Of a stretch of DNA of 64,000 bases, positions 1 through 9,548 are shown one piece after another. Every line of letters begins with the position of its first letter. The first letter of the stretch is position 1. Origin of the DNA: Candidatus Babeliales bacterium (GTDB lineage Bacteria > Babelota > Babeliae > Babelales > JBFXEV01); assembly GCA_050179755.1 (NCBI GenBank), contig JBFXEV010000001.1, positions 1,129,994 through 1,193,993 on the forward strand, in the 5' to 3' direction. The position numbers were made by a program, and so were the translations under genes. The notes beneath the pieces are model-generated. The model was not told the DNA's origin. It saw only the letters and a program-made list of their open reading frames with translations, and did not search any database.

Positions 1-1916
1 CTGGTTTAAAAATTGGGCTCATGATGAGTGGCGGTGGATACAGAGCTATGGCTTTGGCCAGTGGTTATTTAGAAGCTCTCGAGCAAGTTGGTATTCTTGA
101 TGCCGCATCGCATCTTTCAGCATTATCTGGATCTACATGGTTTGTATCGGCGTGGTTGCAATCGGGTCTTTCGGTAACTAATTTTAATAAGGATTTGGCG
201 CAGCGTATTCCTTATATGCAAGTTGACCATTTGGCATTGCGCGCGTTTGATGATCCCACGCGTAAAGAAGCTTTGCATTATGAAATTATGTTTCCTAAAT
301 TTGCATTTAATCAACCAATTGGTTCAGTCGATATGTTTGGTTGGTTGCTTTCGCAAGCAGTGCTTCAAGGCAATTATACTACCGGTATTTCAAATCAGTG
401 GGATGTAGTCAAGCAGGGAGCATATCCATTTCCGCTCTATACTACTATTTCTATGCATAATACTGGCAGTGAAGAAAACCCTCGCTATCGTTATAATTGG
501 TATGAAGTAAATCCCCTCGAATTTGAAAACATAGAGCGAGGCCTTGCAATTCCTGTATGGAGTTTGGGTCGAGAATTTGAGAATGGAAAATCAGTGCGTA
601 CCAAAGGGTTGCCAACGTATCCATTTGAACAAAGTTTTGGTTATATGCTTGCAACATTTGGGTCAGCCTATACCATTGATTTTTTAAAAGAAGGCTCACT
701 ATTTGTGAAAGGTTTCTATGGCACGTTACTTAACGTACTTCAGAAAATAAAACCGGTAAAACGTTTATGGCCGGCACAGTCGATTAATCCGTGGCGAGAT
801 CTTGCAGGTCAACCCGATTGGATTCGGAATAAACCATTACTCACGTTTGTTGATGCAGGCATTGATTTTAATTTACCCATCCCACCACTTTTAAAAAGTG
901 AGCGTGATCTTGATGTTATTATCATGGGTGATTCTTCATCTGGTATTAGAAATTATATTCAAATTAATGACTACTATTTTCCTGCAGAGTTTGGCAAATT
1001 TTTATTATATATGCATGACCAGAAATTTGATCCATTAATAAATGTGTATCAAGTTGACGATCTTTTATATGAACCATTTGAGACCTATTCAAGGCCGCCA
1101 TTTTTAGCATTTAAGCCTAAGGAACGTAATGGATTGCCATGGTTAATTTATGTTAATTATGTAAAGGATGATGTGCTTGTTGCGGCAGCATTGCAATCGA
1201 ATGACAGTCAATTGCAACAACTTGCACGCAAGATTGAACAGTTTGATCCGATAGAATGTGAACAAACAGGTTTTTGCGGCACCTTTAATTTTAAATATAC
1301 TTCCGAGCAGTATGAGCAATTAAAATCTATGGGGCAGTTTAACATTCTTGCGCATAAAGATCGATTAATAAAAGTGCTTGAGCGGGAATTTGTGCTTAAG
1401 TCTCATGCGGTAGATTGCTCAAGTTGTTTGGTAATGGCGGCATTTAAAGGTAGTTTGCCAACAGTGGGATTATATCTTGCCAAAGGTATTGATGTGAATA
1501 CGTTAGCAGAGGGTGTTCCTGGGCCGTTTAGTGATGATGCAATTAGTGCGTTACATGCAGCGGCTTTAGAAGGCAATATTGAAATGGTTAGGTATTTGCT
1601 TGAACATACAGCAGATATTAATCAAAAGTCTACACAAGGAATGGTGCCTCTTGATGCTGCTGTATTGCGAGGTAATGAAGATGTTGTGCGCTATCTTGTG
1701 GAGAATAATGCTCAAATTGCTGAAACAACTCTGCAGCTTGCACAACGTGTTCCCGTACTAAATGCGCTCCTTCAAGCAGAGCGCGCGCGGCGCGCATTGC
1801 CTGAAGCATTAGGCCAACTAAGAAAAAGACTTGAAAGAGTGCACGATCAGTTACTGGTACGCCCGGCTGTGAGCGGACTATCTACAGAAGCGTCTATTGT
1901 TAAACAAAAAGATTAA
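1..1916 (+). CDS. cPLA2/lysophospholipase-type phospholipase with C-terminal ankyrin repeats (5' truncated by window edge)
   Basis: Frame is open to the window edge (GLKIGLMMSGGGYRAM). SGGGxRA oxyanion motif, ALSGSTW nucleophile elbow, FVDAG catalytic Asp; ankyrin motifs ALHAAALEGN and PLDAAVLRGN near the C-terminus. Confidence 0.85.
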   Translation, partial: GLKIGLMMSGGGYRAMALASGYLEALEQVGILDAASHLSALSGSTWFVSAWLQSGLSVTNFNKDLAQRIPYMQVDHLALRAFDDPTRKEALHYEIMFPKFAFNQPIGSVDMFGWLLSQAVLQGNYTTGISNQWDVVKQGAYPFPLYTTISMHNTGSEENPRYRYNWYEVNPLEFENIERGLAIPVWSLGREFENGKSVRTKGLPTYPFEQSFGYMLATFGSAYTIDFLKEGSLFVKGFYGTLLNVLQKIKPVKRLWPAQSINPWRDLAGQPDWIRNKPLLTFVDAGIDFNLPIPPLLKSERDLDVIIMGDSSSGIRNYIQINDYYFPAEFGKFLLYMHDQKFDPLINVYQVDDLLYEPFETYSRPPFLAFKPKERNGLPWLIYVNYVKDDVLVAAALQSNDSQLQQLARKIEQFDPIECEQTGFCGTFNFKYTSEQYEQLKSMGQFNILAHKDRLIKVLEREFVLKSHAVDCSSCLVMAAFKGSLPTVGLYLAKGIDVNTLAEGVPGPFSDDAISALHAAALEGNIEMVRYLLEHTADINQKSTQGMVPLDAAVLRGNEDVVRYLVENNAQIAETTLQLAQRVPVLNALLQAERARRALPEALGQLRKRLERVHDQLLVRPAVSGLSTEASIVKQKD

Positions 1917-1928
1917 AGAATAACTAAT

Positions 1929-1962
1929 AAGAAAGCCTCAGCATTATTAGCTGAGGCTTCTT
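1929..1962. terminator. Bidirectional intrinsic terminator
   Basis: Hairpin AAGCCTCAGC-attatta-GCTGAGGCTT between convergent genes. Confidence 0.75.
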
Positions 1963-1985
1963 CGTTCTTGTTATCCTAGTGAATT

Positions 1986-3926
1986 CTAGGTTGGGTTGGT
2001 GCTAGTGGATGGGTTGTTAGCACTTGTATTTTCATTATTTGGGTTGCTGCATTTTAAAGCAGCATAGTTAAGAGTTTCGAGTTTGCGAGGTGCAGCTCGC
2101 ACTAATGGATTTGCTGCACTTGGAAACACGTTAGTACCAACGCTCACGCCTACGTTATTAGTAATATCTGCATTGTAGAACGTATTAAAGAAACCAGTCC
2201 ACCCTATTGTTCGGGTAGAACAACCAATTAATGGTAAACCAGCAAATATTCCCATTGTTGAGCCAGCTATTACGGCAGTTCCCAAGCCCCATTTGGCCCA
2301 TTTACCTGGCGTAAGCGTTGATGGTACGGCATCGTTAAGATTATAAACACTGTTTTCAAGGGTATGATTTTCACTCAGCCAAATGAGCATGTTTGGTGAA
2401 AGAATACTTTCACCCGATTGAGCATAACCGTTATTGAGTAACATCTTAATAAATTTAAGGTAGTCATGTGCGGTATAATAAAAGCCACCATCAATCAGTG
2501 CAAGTGTTTTAGGTTGATTAAGCCCATAGAAGTAATCTTCGGTAAATGCGATTGGTGGCACAGCAGTTACTGGGATAGTAGTGCCACCTAAATACATTGT
2601 CTGAATACGAGCTAGTTTTTCAGCTCTATCGGGCGCATCGTTTTGTATATAGAAGCCTGTGCTATTCATACCGAGCGGTCGTAGCACTTCTTCTTGCATA
2701 TACGTTTCTAAATCTCGGCCATCAATAATTTCAATAACCGCGCCTAAAATAGAAAGTGTGGGGCCATAGCTCCAATTTGTTCCAGGTTGGAACAACAGAG
2801 GCACTTGAGCAACCGCTTGCGCCCATTGCAGTATTGTTTGAGATGAAAGTGGAAATGCAGGGTTAGGAAAGCCTAAAGGAATTTGCAATGCAGTAAAGAT
2901 TCCTGCTTGGGTGTTACGTAAAGTTATATCTTCTGCAAAACCAAAAGCTAGTCCAATTTGAGGTATTGAATAGCTATAACCAAGTTCATGTGTCATAACA
3001 TGATAAAGCAAGATAGGGCGTTCTAGTGGTAATTCCACATAATAATATGTCACGCCAAGCCAGACTGATTGTTTAACACCTGCTGCAAGTGAGTTTACTT
3101 GTATTAAGCCGCCTTCTCCAATTGGTGAAGTACCTGTTGCTGGTGTTGCGACCGTGATGGTATAATTATTTGCATCAATGATAGTAATTTGGTGTATGTT
3201 ATTAATTTGACTTGCAGGAACGCCTTGTACTGCTGTGGATCCAGTTATTCCGATCCAATCACCTGTAGACCTGCCATGTGCAACTTCATTAATATTGAGA
3301 ATGGTAGAACCAATTGTGGCAGTTATTACGTTATTGAGAGTAACTGTTGCCGTTGGTGTGAAGTTTTCCATTACCTTGGTGTTTGCAAATTCAGGAATAA
3401 AGGTTGAAAGTTGTTCAAAGCCAGTAAGAACGCCGCGATCAATCAACTTTAAAAATCCTACAGTTCCTAAGAATTTACTCATAGAAGCCGCGCGATTAAT
3501 AGTGTCGCCAGTCGCCGGCTTTTGCGTTTGCACGTTTTCTACACCAGCAAAGAATTTATGTTCTATAAATTTACCACAAGTTGATTTAATAACGGCGGTA
3601 GTATACACGCCAACACCCAACGTGTCAGCTACTATTTCTTGTACTTTGGCATCTAAAATATCAAGACGATCTGGGTTAAAGCCTTGCTTGCATGTTTGAT
3701 CATTTTTACAGCAACTCAAGCGGCGTGTTTGAGCATCAGATTTTTCTTTTGCCCACGAACGTTTTGGATTTGGTTTGTGTGCATGGCTTTCATTAATGCC
3801 ATATTCACGCAGTAGCGCTGCAGTTGCTTCTTCCCACGATGAATAGCATTGTAAAGAGGATGATATTGTGGCCAGTAATGCCGTGAATAACAGATGTTTA
3901 ATTATTTGACGTTTGTTTGCTTGCAT
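1986..3926 (-). CDS. Serine hydrolase (beta-lactamase class C/esterase family) with signal peptide and an inserted beta-rich domain
   Basis: RAASMSK (SxxK), PLLFQPGTNWSYG, EVLRPLGMNSTGF, GWTG motifs; about 110-aa insertion after PEFANTKV. Confidence 0.85.
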   Translation of the reverse strand: MQANKRQIIKHLLFTALLATISSSLQCYSSWEEATAALLREYGINESHAHKPNPKRSWAKEKSDAQTRRLSCCKNDQTCKQGFNPDRLDILDAKVQEIVADTLGVGVYTTAVIKSTCGKFIEHKFFAGVENVQTQKPATGDTINRAASMSKFLGTVGFLKLIDRGVLTGFEQLSTFIPEFANTKVMENFTPTATVTLNNVITATIGSTILNINEVAHGRSTGDWIGITGSTAVQGVPASQINNIHQITIIDANNYTITVATPATGTSPIGEGGLIQVNSLAAGVKQSVWLGVTYYYVELPLERPILLYHVMTHELGYSYSIPQIGLAFGFAEDITLRNTQAGIFTALQIPLGFPNPAFPLSSQTILQWAQAVAQVPLLFQPGTNWSYGPTLSILGAVIEIIDGRDLETYMQEEVLRPLGMNSTGFYIQNDAPDRAEKLARIQTMYLGGTTIPVTAVPPIAFTEDYFYGLNQPKTLALIDGGFYYTAHDYLKFIKMLLNNGYAQSGESILSPNMLIWLSENHTLENSVYNLNDAVPSTLTPGKWAKWGLGTAVIAGSTMGIFAGLPLIGCSTRTIGWTGFFNTFYNADITNNVGVSVGTNVFPSAANPLVRAAPRKLETLNYAALKCSNPNNENTSANNPSTSTNPT

Positions 3927-4061
3927 GTTTGTTCCTATTTTAAAATGGTTGCTTCAAATTTGGGCAAAATGATGTATTTGCCTAATAACTGCCATGAGTA
4001 ATTATATGTATCTGTTTCCTTTCAATTAAGTGTCTGTTAACAATCTCAGTATAATTAAAAT

Positions 4062-5072
4062 TTAAATAATAGTTATTTGGCCATTAAATCGTTGATTAAG
4101 TTTAGGCAATAATAAGCGCGGAATCTGGCGGCCGCGCGCCGTTTTTTCAAGATAACCTTTACGTAATAAATATGGTTCATACACTGCTTCTATTGTTTCT
4201 TTATCTTCACCAATAAGTGCTGCAAGTGTTTCTATGCCAACAGGGCCGCCATTAAAATTTTTGATCATTTTTTCTAAAATTAAATGATCAACTTGGGTAA
4301 GGCCATCCTTATCAATGCCCAGAAAAGTAAGTGCTTTAAGCACCAATGCATCATCAGCGTTATTATTGTTGTGCACTTGCGCAAAATCACGTACTCTGCG
4401 CATAATTTTTTTGGCAATACGTGGTGTGCCGCGTGCGCCTTGTGCAATAAGTAGTGCAGATGCTGGTGTTAGCTTAATTTTAAGAAACTGTGCGCTCTGG
4501 AGCACTATTTCTTGTAGTTCATGATCTTCATAATAATTTAATCTTTCAGTAATACCAAAACGAGATCGTAGTGGTGCAGAAAGCATGCCGCTTTTGGTAC
4601 TTGCGCCAATGAGCGTAAATGGATTAATTGGCACATTCACTGTTTGCGCACCAGCTCCTTGGCCGATAATAATATCCACACTAAATTGTTCCATAGCGCT
4701 ATATAAAATTTCTTCAACTGCTGTGGGCATGCGGTGAATTTCATCAATAAATAAAATATCGCGTTGTTGCAAACTTGAAAGTATGGCCACCAAATCACCA
4801 GTGCGTTCTAGCATAGGGCCGCTGCATATTTTAATACCCACGCCCATAACGTTTGCCATAATTCGTGCAAGGGTGGTTTTGCCAAGACCAGGAGGGCCAA
4901 AAAGGAGCAAGTGATCAAGAGCTTCTTGCCGCATTTTTGCAGCAGTAGTATATACTTTTAATTTTTGTTTAAGTTCCGTTTGGCCTAAATAGTCGTCAAA
5001 GGTGAGCGGTACAAAATCATACTGTTGCTCATCGAGTGGTTCATGTTGTGTAATAAGTTCTATTGCTTGCAT
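4062..5072 (-). CDS. ruvB: Holliday junction branch migration helicase RuvB
   Basis: LDHLLLFGPPGLGKTTLA, LFIDEIHR, PLRSRFG, RGTPRIA, EPYL. Confidence 0.97.
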   Translation of the reverse strand: MQAIELITQHEPLDEQQYDFVPLTFDDYLGQTELKQKLKVYTTAAKMRQEALDHLLLFGPPGLGKTTLARIMANVMGVGIKICSGPMLERTGDLVAILSSLQQRDILFIDEIHRMPTAVEEILYSAMEQFSVDIIIGQGAGAQTVNVPINPFTLIGASTKSGMLSAPLRSRFGITERLNYYEDHELQEIVLQSAQFLKIKLTPASALLIAQGARGTPRIAKKIMRRVRDFAQVHNNNNADDALVLKALTFLGIDKDGLTQVDHLILEKMIKNFNGGPVGIETLAALIGEDKETIEAVYEPYLLRKGYLEKTARGRQIPRLLLPKLNQRFNGQITII

Positions 5073-5080
5073 GTAATACC

Positions 5081-6181
5081 TTAGAAGTTTGACCGTCTAA
5101 TTGCGATGCTTTGTATCCACCCTAGTGCTGCAAATGTGGTCCAAATATGTGTAATACCGTAACTCATTAGTGGCAATGGAATGCCTACTGCAGGAAGCAA
5201 ACCCATAACCATGCTCATATTAATGATTGAAGCAAGCACGCATGGTAAGATCAAGCCATAGCCAAGTAATTGAGTAAATGGTTGTTTTATGTTGCCAATT
5301 ATGCTAAATATGCGTAAAAAAAGTATTGCAAACAGACTGAGCACCAAGAGTGCGCCAACAAGTCCCCATTCTTCACAAATTACTGCGAATATAAAGTCAG
5401 TTCTACTTTCGGGTAAAAACAGTAACGTGTTTTGAGTGCCTTTTAAAAATCCTTTGCCAAAGAGGCCGCCAGAACCAATGGCGATTTTGGATTGTTCAAT
5501 TTGATAGCGCTCATTTTGTTCTTGTCCATGACCTAAAAACACAGCAATACGTTGTTTTTGAAAAGGCTTGAGTAATTTCCACGATATGGGTGCGGTTATC
5601 ATGATAAAGAGTATACCGAAAATAAAATACTTGCGCTCAAGACCTGCAAGCCAACACATAATTATGCCAGTACCAAGAACCAAAAGCGCGGTACCTAAAT
5701 CTGGTTGCTTTGCCACGAGCAAAAAACTTATACCAATGATAGCAAGCAGCGGAATAAAGTTTTTTATGGTATATACAAATGAATCGTTTTGTATAAATAA
5801 ATAGTAACTGATGAAACTAGGCAAAAATAATTTTGCAAGTTCAGAAGGTTGAAACTTAAAAAGGCCAAGCTGTATCCACCTACGCCCACCCATGGCAATT
5901 GAGCCACTAACGACGGTGAATAAAAGTAAACACATCGTGGCAAGATATGCAAAATAGCCAATGCGTGCAAGTCTGCGGTAATCAAGGAATGTGAATAAGA
6001 AATAAATGCCAAGACCCGAAATCATGCCAAATGCCTGTTTTTTAAAAAAAATGGAATATGGCTGATGCTGCAAATGTGTTGCACTGTAGACAAATAATAA
6101 GCCAATGGTTGCAAGAGCAAGCATGGCACCAAAACTTATCCAATCAAAATATAGCGTGTAGCGCTTAAGGCTGAATGTCAT
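5081..6181 (-). CDS. rodA: Rod shape-determining SEDS protein RodA (FtsW/RodA/SpoVE)
   Basis: FQPSELAK, QPDLGT, QSKIAIGSGG, PESRTDFIFA, GIPLPLMSYG; multiple TM helices. Confidence 0.9.
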   Translation of the reverse strand: MTFSLKRYTLYFDWISFGAMLALATIGLLFVYSATHLQHQPYSIFFKKQAFGMISGLGIYFLFTFLDYRRLARIGYFAYLATMCLLLFTVVSGSIAMGGRRWIQLGLFKFQPSELAKLFLPSFISYYLFIQNDSFVYTIKNFIPLLAIIGISFLLVAKQPDLGTALLVLGTGIIMCWLAGLERKYFIFGILFIMITAPISWKLLKPFQKQRIAVFLGHGQEQNERYQIEQSKIAIGSGGLFGKGFLKGTQNTLLFLPESRTDFIFAVICEEWGLVGALLVLSLFAILFLRIFSIIGNIKQPFTQLLGYGLILPCVLASIINMSMVMGLLPAVGIPLPLMSYGITHIWTTFAALGWIQSIAIRRSNF

Positions 6182-6184
6182 TTC

Positions 6185-6241
6185 ACCGCTCAGTTGACCC
6201 TTCTATACAATTTGCTCCGCAAATCACCCAGGGTGAGCGGT
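6185..6241. repeat. Palindromic REP-like element (copy 1 of the CCCTTC-ATACA...CAC-CAGG family)
   Basis: Outer stem ACCGCTCA/TGAGCGGT, inner hairpin ATTTGC-tcc-GCAAAT; similar to 41023-41064. Confidence 0.65.
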
Positions 6242-6278
6242 ATTAATCATGTATTGAGGAATTAATGTTTAATCATGG

Positions 6279-7109
6279 TTACAGTTTACACACACCTTCT
6301 GCTTCTGCAATAACTTGATCAAGATTTATGTTTCTAATTCCTAATTGTTTCAAGGCGGCAGCATGCAGTTTAATATCTTTGCATAATAAAAAGTTATGTT
6401 CAATTAATTGTTTTTTTTGTTTGAGACTGAGAGTCGTAAGCGCAGTTATAGGATGCACATTATAACGGTCAATAAGATCTTTAAGTGCGTTATCTTTAGG
6501 AGATGACCAGCTGAGCATAGAAAGAGCTGCGCAGTTACCAAAGTCAAGCGCTTGACTGGTGAATCGTGTATTGGTGATTACCCATGGCGTATAGTGTTGT
6601 TTATGATGATCTGGCTGCGTTTTTAATGCGGTAATTACATCGTCAAAGCGAGCCTTTACATAGAGCGGCACTTGCACAGCAGTTCTTAATGCTTGGCTAT
6701 TATGGAATTTGCATTCGGCAAAGTTAAATGAATTTTCTTTAGAAAAGGTAAGATCAACTTCATGAGTTATACATTTGCCAGCAAGCGTTTGATTTGTTTG
6801 TGCTTCATATCCCTGTGCTCGCATGAGATGAGCTACATACTTTTCAAAAGGGAAACCAGTTGGGCCTAATTGTAACAATGCTTGCTTAAGATTATAGCGA
6901 GCAGCAATGGCAAGATTTTCTTTTTTTAATTGTTCGAGGGCCCAACGATAAATTGCACGTGTAGAAGTAAGTTCGCCTTGTTCCTTAATTTCGCTTAATA
7001 ATTGGGTGATAGTTGCTGCGTTTGCACCAGATCGTTCAAGCGATTTTCTGAATTTATTTTCATTAAAGAGTTCTTTTTCGCCCGACGCTTTAGTAACATA
7101 GAATGACAT
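6279..7109 (-). CDS. ATP-cone domain + PD-(D/E)xK (Mrr-like) nuclease domain protein
   Basis: N-terminal VTKASGEKELFNENK (ATP cone); GPTGFPFEKYV, HEVDL, AECKFH nuclease motifs; TNTRFT. Confidence 0.8.
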   Translation of the reverse strand: MSFYVTKASGEKELFNENKFRKSLERSGANAATITQLLSEIKEQGELTSTRAIYRWALEQLKKENLAIAARYNLKQALLQLGPTGFPFEKYVAHLMRAQGYEAQTNQTLAGKCITHEVDLTFSKENSFNFAECKFHNSQALRTAVQVPLYVKARFDDVITALKTQPDHHKQHYTPWVITNTRFTSQALDFGNCAALSMLSWSSPKDNALKDLIDRYNVHPITALTTLSLKQKKQLIEHNFLLCKDIKLHAAALKQLGIRNINLDQVIAEAEGVCKL

Positions 7110-7127
7110 ACTTCTTCCTTTTAAATT

Positions 7128-7157
7128 AAAAAAGCCTCTTGAATGTTCAAGAGGCTT
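7128..7157 (-). terminator. Intrinsic terminator
   Basis: AAGCCTCTTGAA-TG-TTCAAGAGGCTT with a T-run on the minus strand. Confidence 0.7.
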
Positions 7158-7178
7158 ACAGATATATGTTTTTATGTT

Positions 7179-7502
7179 CTAACATTCGTCAAAAGATTCT
7201 TCCCATGATTCATTTTCTAGAATCCATGCGTCTGTATTTTCAGGGGTATTGATGCGAAACACCGCTGCATCTTTTGCAATGTCTTGTTCTTCAGGCGTTA
7301 ATGGCGGAATTATTTTGTGAATCATATAGGCAGCTGCCAAGAAAAGTGTTATAAAGCCGATGGATTCTACAAAACTTTGTGGATTATCTGCTGTGATCAC
7401 CGGTTCTGGAGTGCCGTTAGGCCCGGGCCGACCGTGAGCATATGGCGCTACAATGAGTCCTACTAAAGTAACGCTAAAGAGCATGTGCTTGAGTATATTC
7501 AT
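7179..7502 (-). CDS. Hypothetical small membrane/secreted protein
   Basis: ORF with signal-like N-terminus (MNILKHMLFSVTLVGLIVAPYAHG) and one TM segment; start uncertain. Confidence 0.55.
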   Translation of the reverse strand: MNILKHMLFSVTLVGLIVAPYAHGRPGPNGTPEPVITADNPQSFVESIGFITLFLAAAYMIHKIIPPLTPEEQDIAKDAAVFRINTPENTDAWILENESWEESFDEC

Positions 7503-8211
7503 GGAATTCCCTTTCAAGTTGTTCGTTAAACTCATTCATAAAATCAGCTTGGATGTGTTTACCATATATCTCTATGTAATTGCTTACAAATGCAAAAATT
7601 GTAGTAATTGCTTCTTGTGTAGCATTATATTCTGGTGTACGAGTACTTTTTTTGTGGGAGGTTTGTGATTGTAGTTCATCTTGCACAACCGACAAAAGAC
7701 TTAAATAGACCATAAGTGCAGGAACTGTTTGCTCAAGTGGTGGGGATTCTTGTTCAAGAGCACGAATAGCCTCGTTGATTTCCTGTTGCTTCTCAAGTGA
7801 AAGATCTGTATCTTTTAGTTCTTGATGAAGACTAACAAGTTCCGGTCCGTGTGCTTGAACAAAAAGATCAAGCCCAGATTGAATAATGGTGTGAACAGTA
7901 TCGATGGTTAAATCTTGTGCTTGTTTACCGTCTGTTTGCAGAGCTTCTTGGGGCATCATTGCCACGAGTGGTTGCTCTATCACGCGATCTTCTTCATGCC
8001 ACGGCGCAATGACCGTAAGTTCTGATGGGTAATATTTTTTGTATAATGTATAAACTACGTATCCCATGCCAAGCCCGATTGCTGAATACATACATGTTTT
8101 TGTGGAGAATGGGGCAAGCCACGAAGAGCTTTCTTGTTCGTTTGCTTGTAAAGCAGGTGCGATGCTAATTACTAGTGCTAAACTGAGTGTGCTGATTGAT
8201 CTGCTCTTCAT
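7474..8211 (-). CDS. Hypothetical protein with signal peptide and TM helix
   Basis: 245-aa ORF, signal peptide ending ALQA. Confidence 0.7.
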   Translation of the reverse strand: MKSRSISTLSLALVISIAPALQANEQESSSWLAPFSTKTCMYSAIGLGMGYVVYTLYKKYYPSELTVIAPWHEEDRVIEQPLVAMMPQEALQTDGKQAQDLTIDTVHTIIQSGLDLFVQAHGPELVSLHQELKDTDLSLEKQQEINEAIRALEQESPPLEQTVPALMVYLSLLSVVQDELQSQTSHKKSTRTPEYNATQEAITTIFAFVSNYIEIYGKHIQADFMNEFNEQLEREFHEYTQAHAL

Positions 8212-8254
8212 AGCAAGCCTTTCTGTGATGAGTGTTTATTATTACTTGTTCGTG

Positions 8255-8869
8255 TTACAATAATGAATTTGGAGTAGGCATAGCTGATCTTAAAGCTTGC
8301 GCAGGAATAATGCCGTCTACGTTAAACGTAAGATTAAAGTAGTTTTCATCAAATTTATATTTTTGCATTCCTTCATACAACGCTTTATACCAGAGACCAA
8401 AAAGATTAGCAGTGATTTGCTGTAAAGCTTGCGCATGTACAAACGTATCACGTTCGCCAGAAATAAGTTCTTCTTGATATTTGTTTAAGTATGATTTTTT
8501 GACAGTCTTTGTGCTATGAGCAAGTAATTGCATTGCACCTTGTAGCTTAGGGCTTCCTTCTTTTGCAATATAGTTAAGGCATGCGGTACATGTTTTTTCA
8601 ATCACTTCTTTGCGATGCTTAAGGTCATCGGTGAGTTGAGCTATGTGCGAGCGCAAGACATAATATGATTCCAAATACATAAAAAGGGCCGCATTTGCTA
8701 GCCAATTCATTTCTTGTGGTGATAGTTGCAGTTCAGAAGTTGGTGCAAAAAAGGCTTGTTCAAGCGTAGCAGCAAGTTGTGCTGCTGAATTAACCCCAGG
8801 GTCTGCTTGTAGTGTAACTGCACTGAGCATTATCGATACACAAAGAGGTAAAAAAATTTGTTTCTTCAT
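8255..8869 (-). CDS. Hypothetical secreted protein
   Basis: 204-aa ORF, AAGGA RBS, signal peptide ending TLQA. Confidence 0.7.
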   Translation of the reverse strand: MKKQIFLPLCVSIMLSAVTLQADPGVNSAAQLAATLEQAFFAPTSELQLSPQEMNWLANAALFMYLESYYVLRSHIAQLTDDLKHRKEVIEKTCTACLNYIAKEGSPKLQGAMQLLAHSTKTVKKSYLNKYQEELISGERDTFVHAQALQQITANLFGLWYKALYEGMQKYKFDENYFNLTFNVDGIIPAQALRSAMPTPNSLL

Positions 8870-9014
8870 AGTGTTCCTTTTGATGATAGAAAATTAATAT
8901 CTGACTCTTAAGGCAAGTCTAGTACAAAAAACTGATAAGGTAAAGTGGAATATTTTTTTGAAGAAACGAGAAAATGAATGTAATTTTGATGATAAAGAAG
9001 TGGTTAAGGAAAAA

Positions 9015-9090
9015 TGGTCGGGGCGGCAGGATTCGAACTTGCGACCCCTCGCTCCCAAAGCGAGTGCGCTACCAACTGCGCCACGCCCCG
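9015..9090 (-). tRNA. tRNA-Pro(TGG)
   Basis: Reverse complement CGGGGCGTGGCGCAGTTGGTAGCGCACTCGCTTTGGGAGCGAG...TTCGAATCCTGCCGCCCCGACCA; cloverleaf, encoded CCA. Confidence 0.95.
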
Positions 9091-9141
9091 ATCAAAATTG
9101 TAAAAGTAATATAAAACTTTTTTTACTAATTTGCAACTAAT

Positions 9142-9324
9142 TTATTCATGCATATGGTAGTGTGGTTTTCTGGGCTCAAATATAAGTGCTAGCCCTTTAT
9201 AAACCAGTACTATTGCTAATACCCACTTCATAACAGGTAAAATGATATAAAAGACATTATCAAGCACAAGGGAAGCACCTGCCAAAATAAGAAGAGATCC
9301 CCAAAATAAATGTCCAACTGCCAT
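9142..9324 (-). CDS. Small two-TM membrane protein between tRNA-His and tRNA-Pro
   Basis: MAVGHLFWGSLLILAGASLVL...; 60 aa; AAGG upstream. The longer ORF call runs into the tRNA. Confidence 0.6.
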   Translation of the reverse strand: MAVGHLFWGSLLILAGASLVLDNVFYIILPVMKWVLAIVLVYKGLALIFEPRKPHYHMHE

Positions 9325-9345
9325 GGATAAAAACCTTTTTAAAAA

Positions 9346-9422
9346 TGGGGTGAGTGGAGGGGCTTGAACCCTCGACCCCCAGAGCCACAACCTGGTGCTC
9401 TACCAACTGAGCTACACTCACC
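9346..9422 (-). tRNA. tRNA-His(GTG)
   Basis: GGTGAGTGTAGCTCAGTTGGTAGAGCACCAGGTTGTGGCTCTGG...CACTCACCCCA; encoded G-1, C discriminator, CCA. Confidence 0.95.
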
Positions 9423-9548
9423 ATAATCTGATATATTCAAAGTATAAGTTAAAACTCCTTAAAAGTATATACTCAAAAAGAGGGCAACTGCAAGCTTTTT
9501 ATTCTCTTTTGTAGTAGTGGCGCTAGGCTTGCCAGGGTTTTCAGGTCT

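Noticed and set aside
3235..3699. 154-aa plus-strand ORF
   Set aside because: Antisense shadow of the serine hydrolase gene.
8958..9140. 60-aa ORF (WSGRQDSNLRP)
   Set aside because: Antisense translation of tRNA-Pro.
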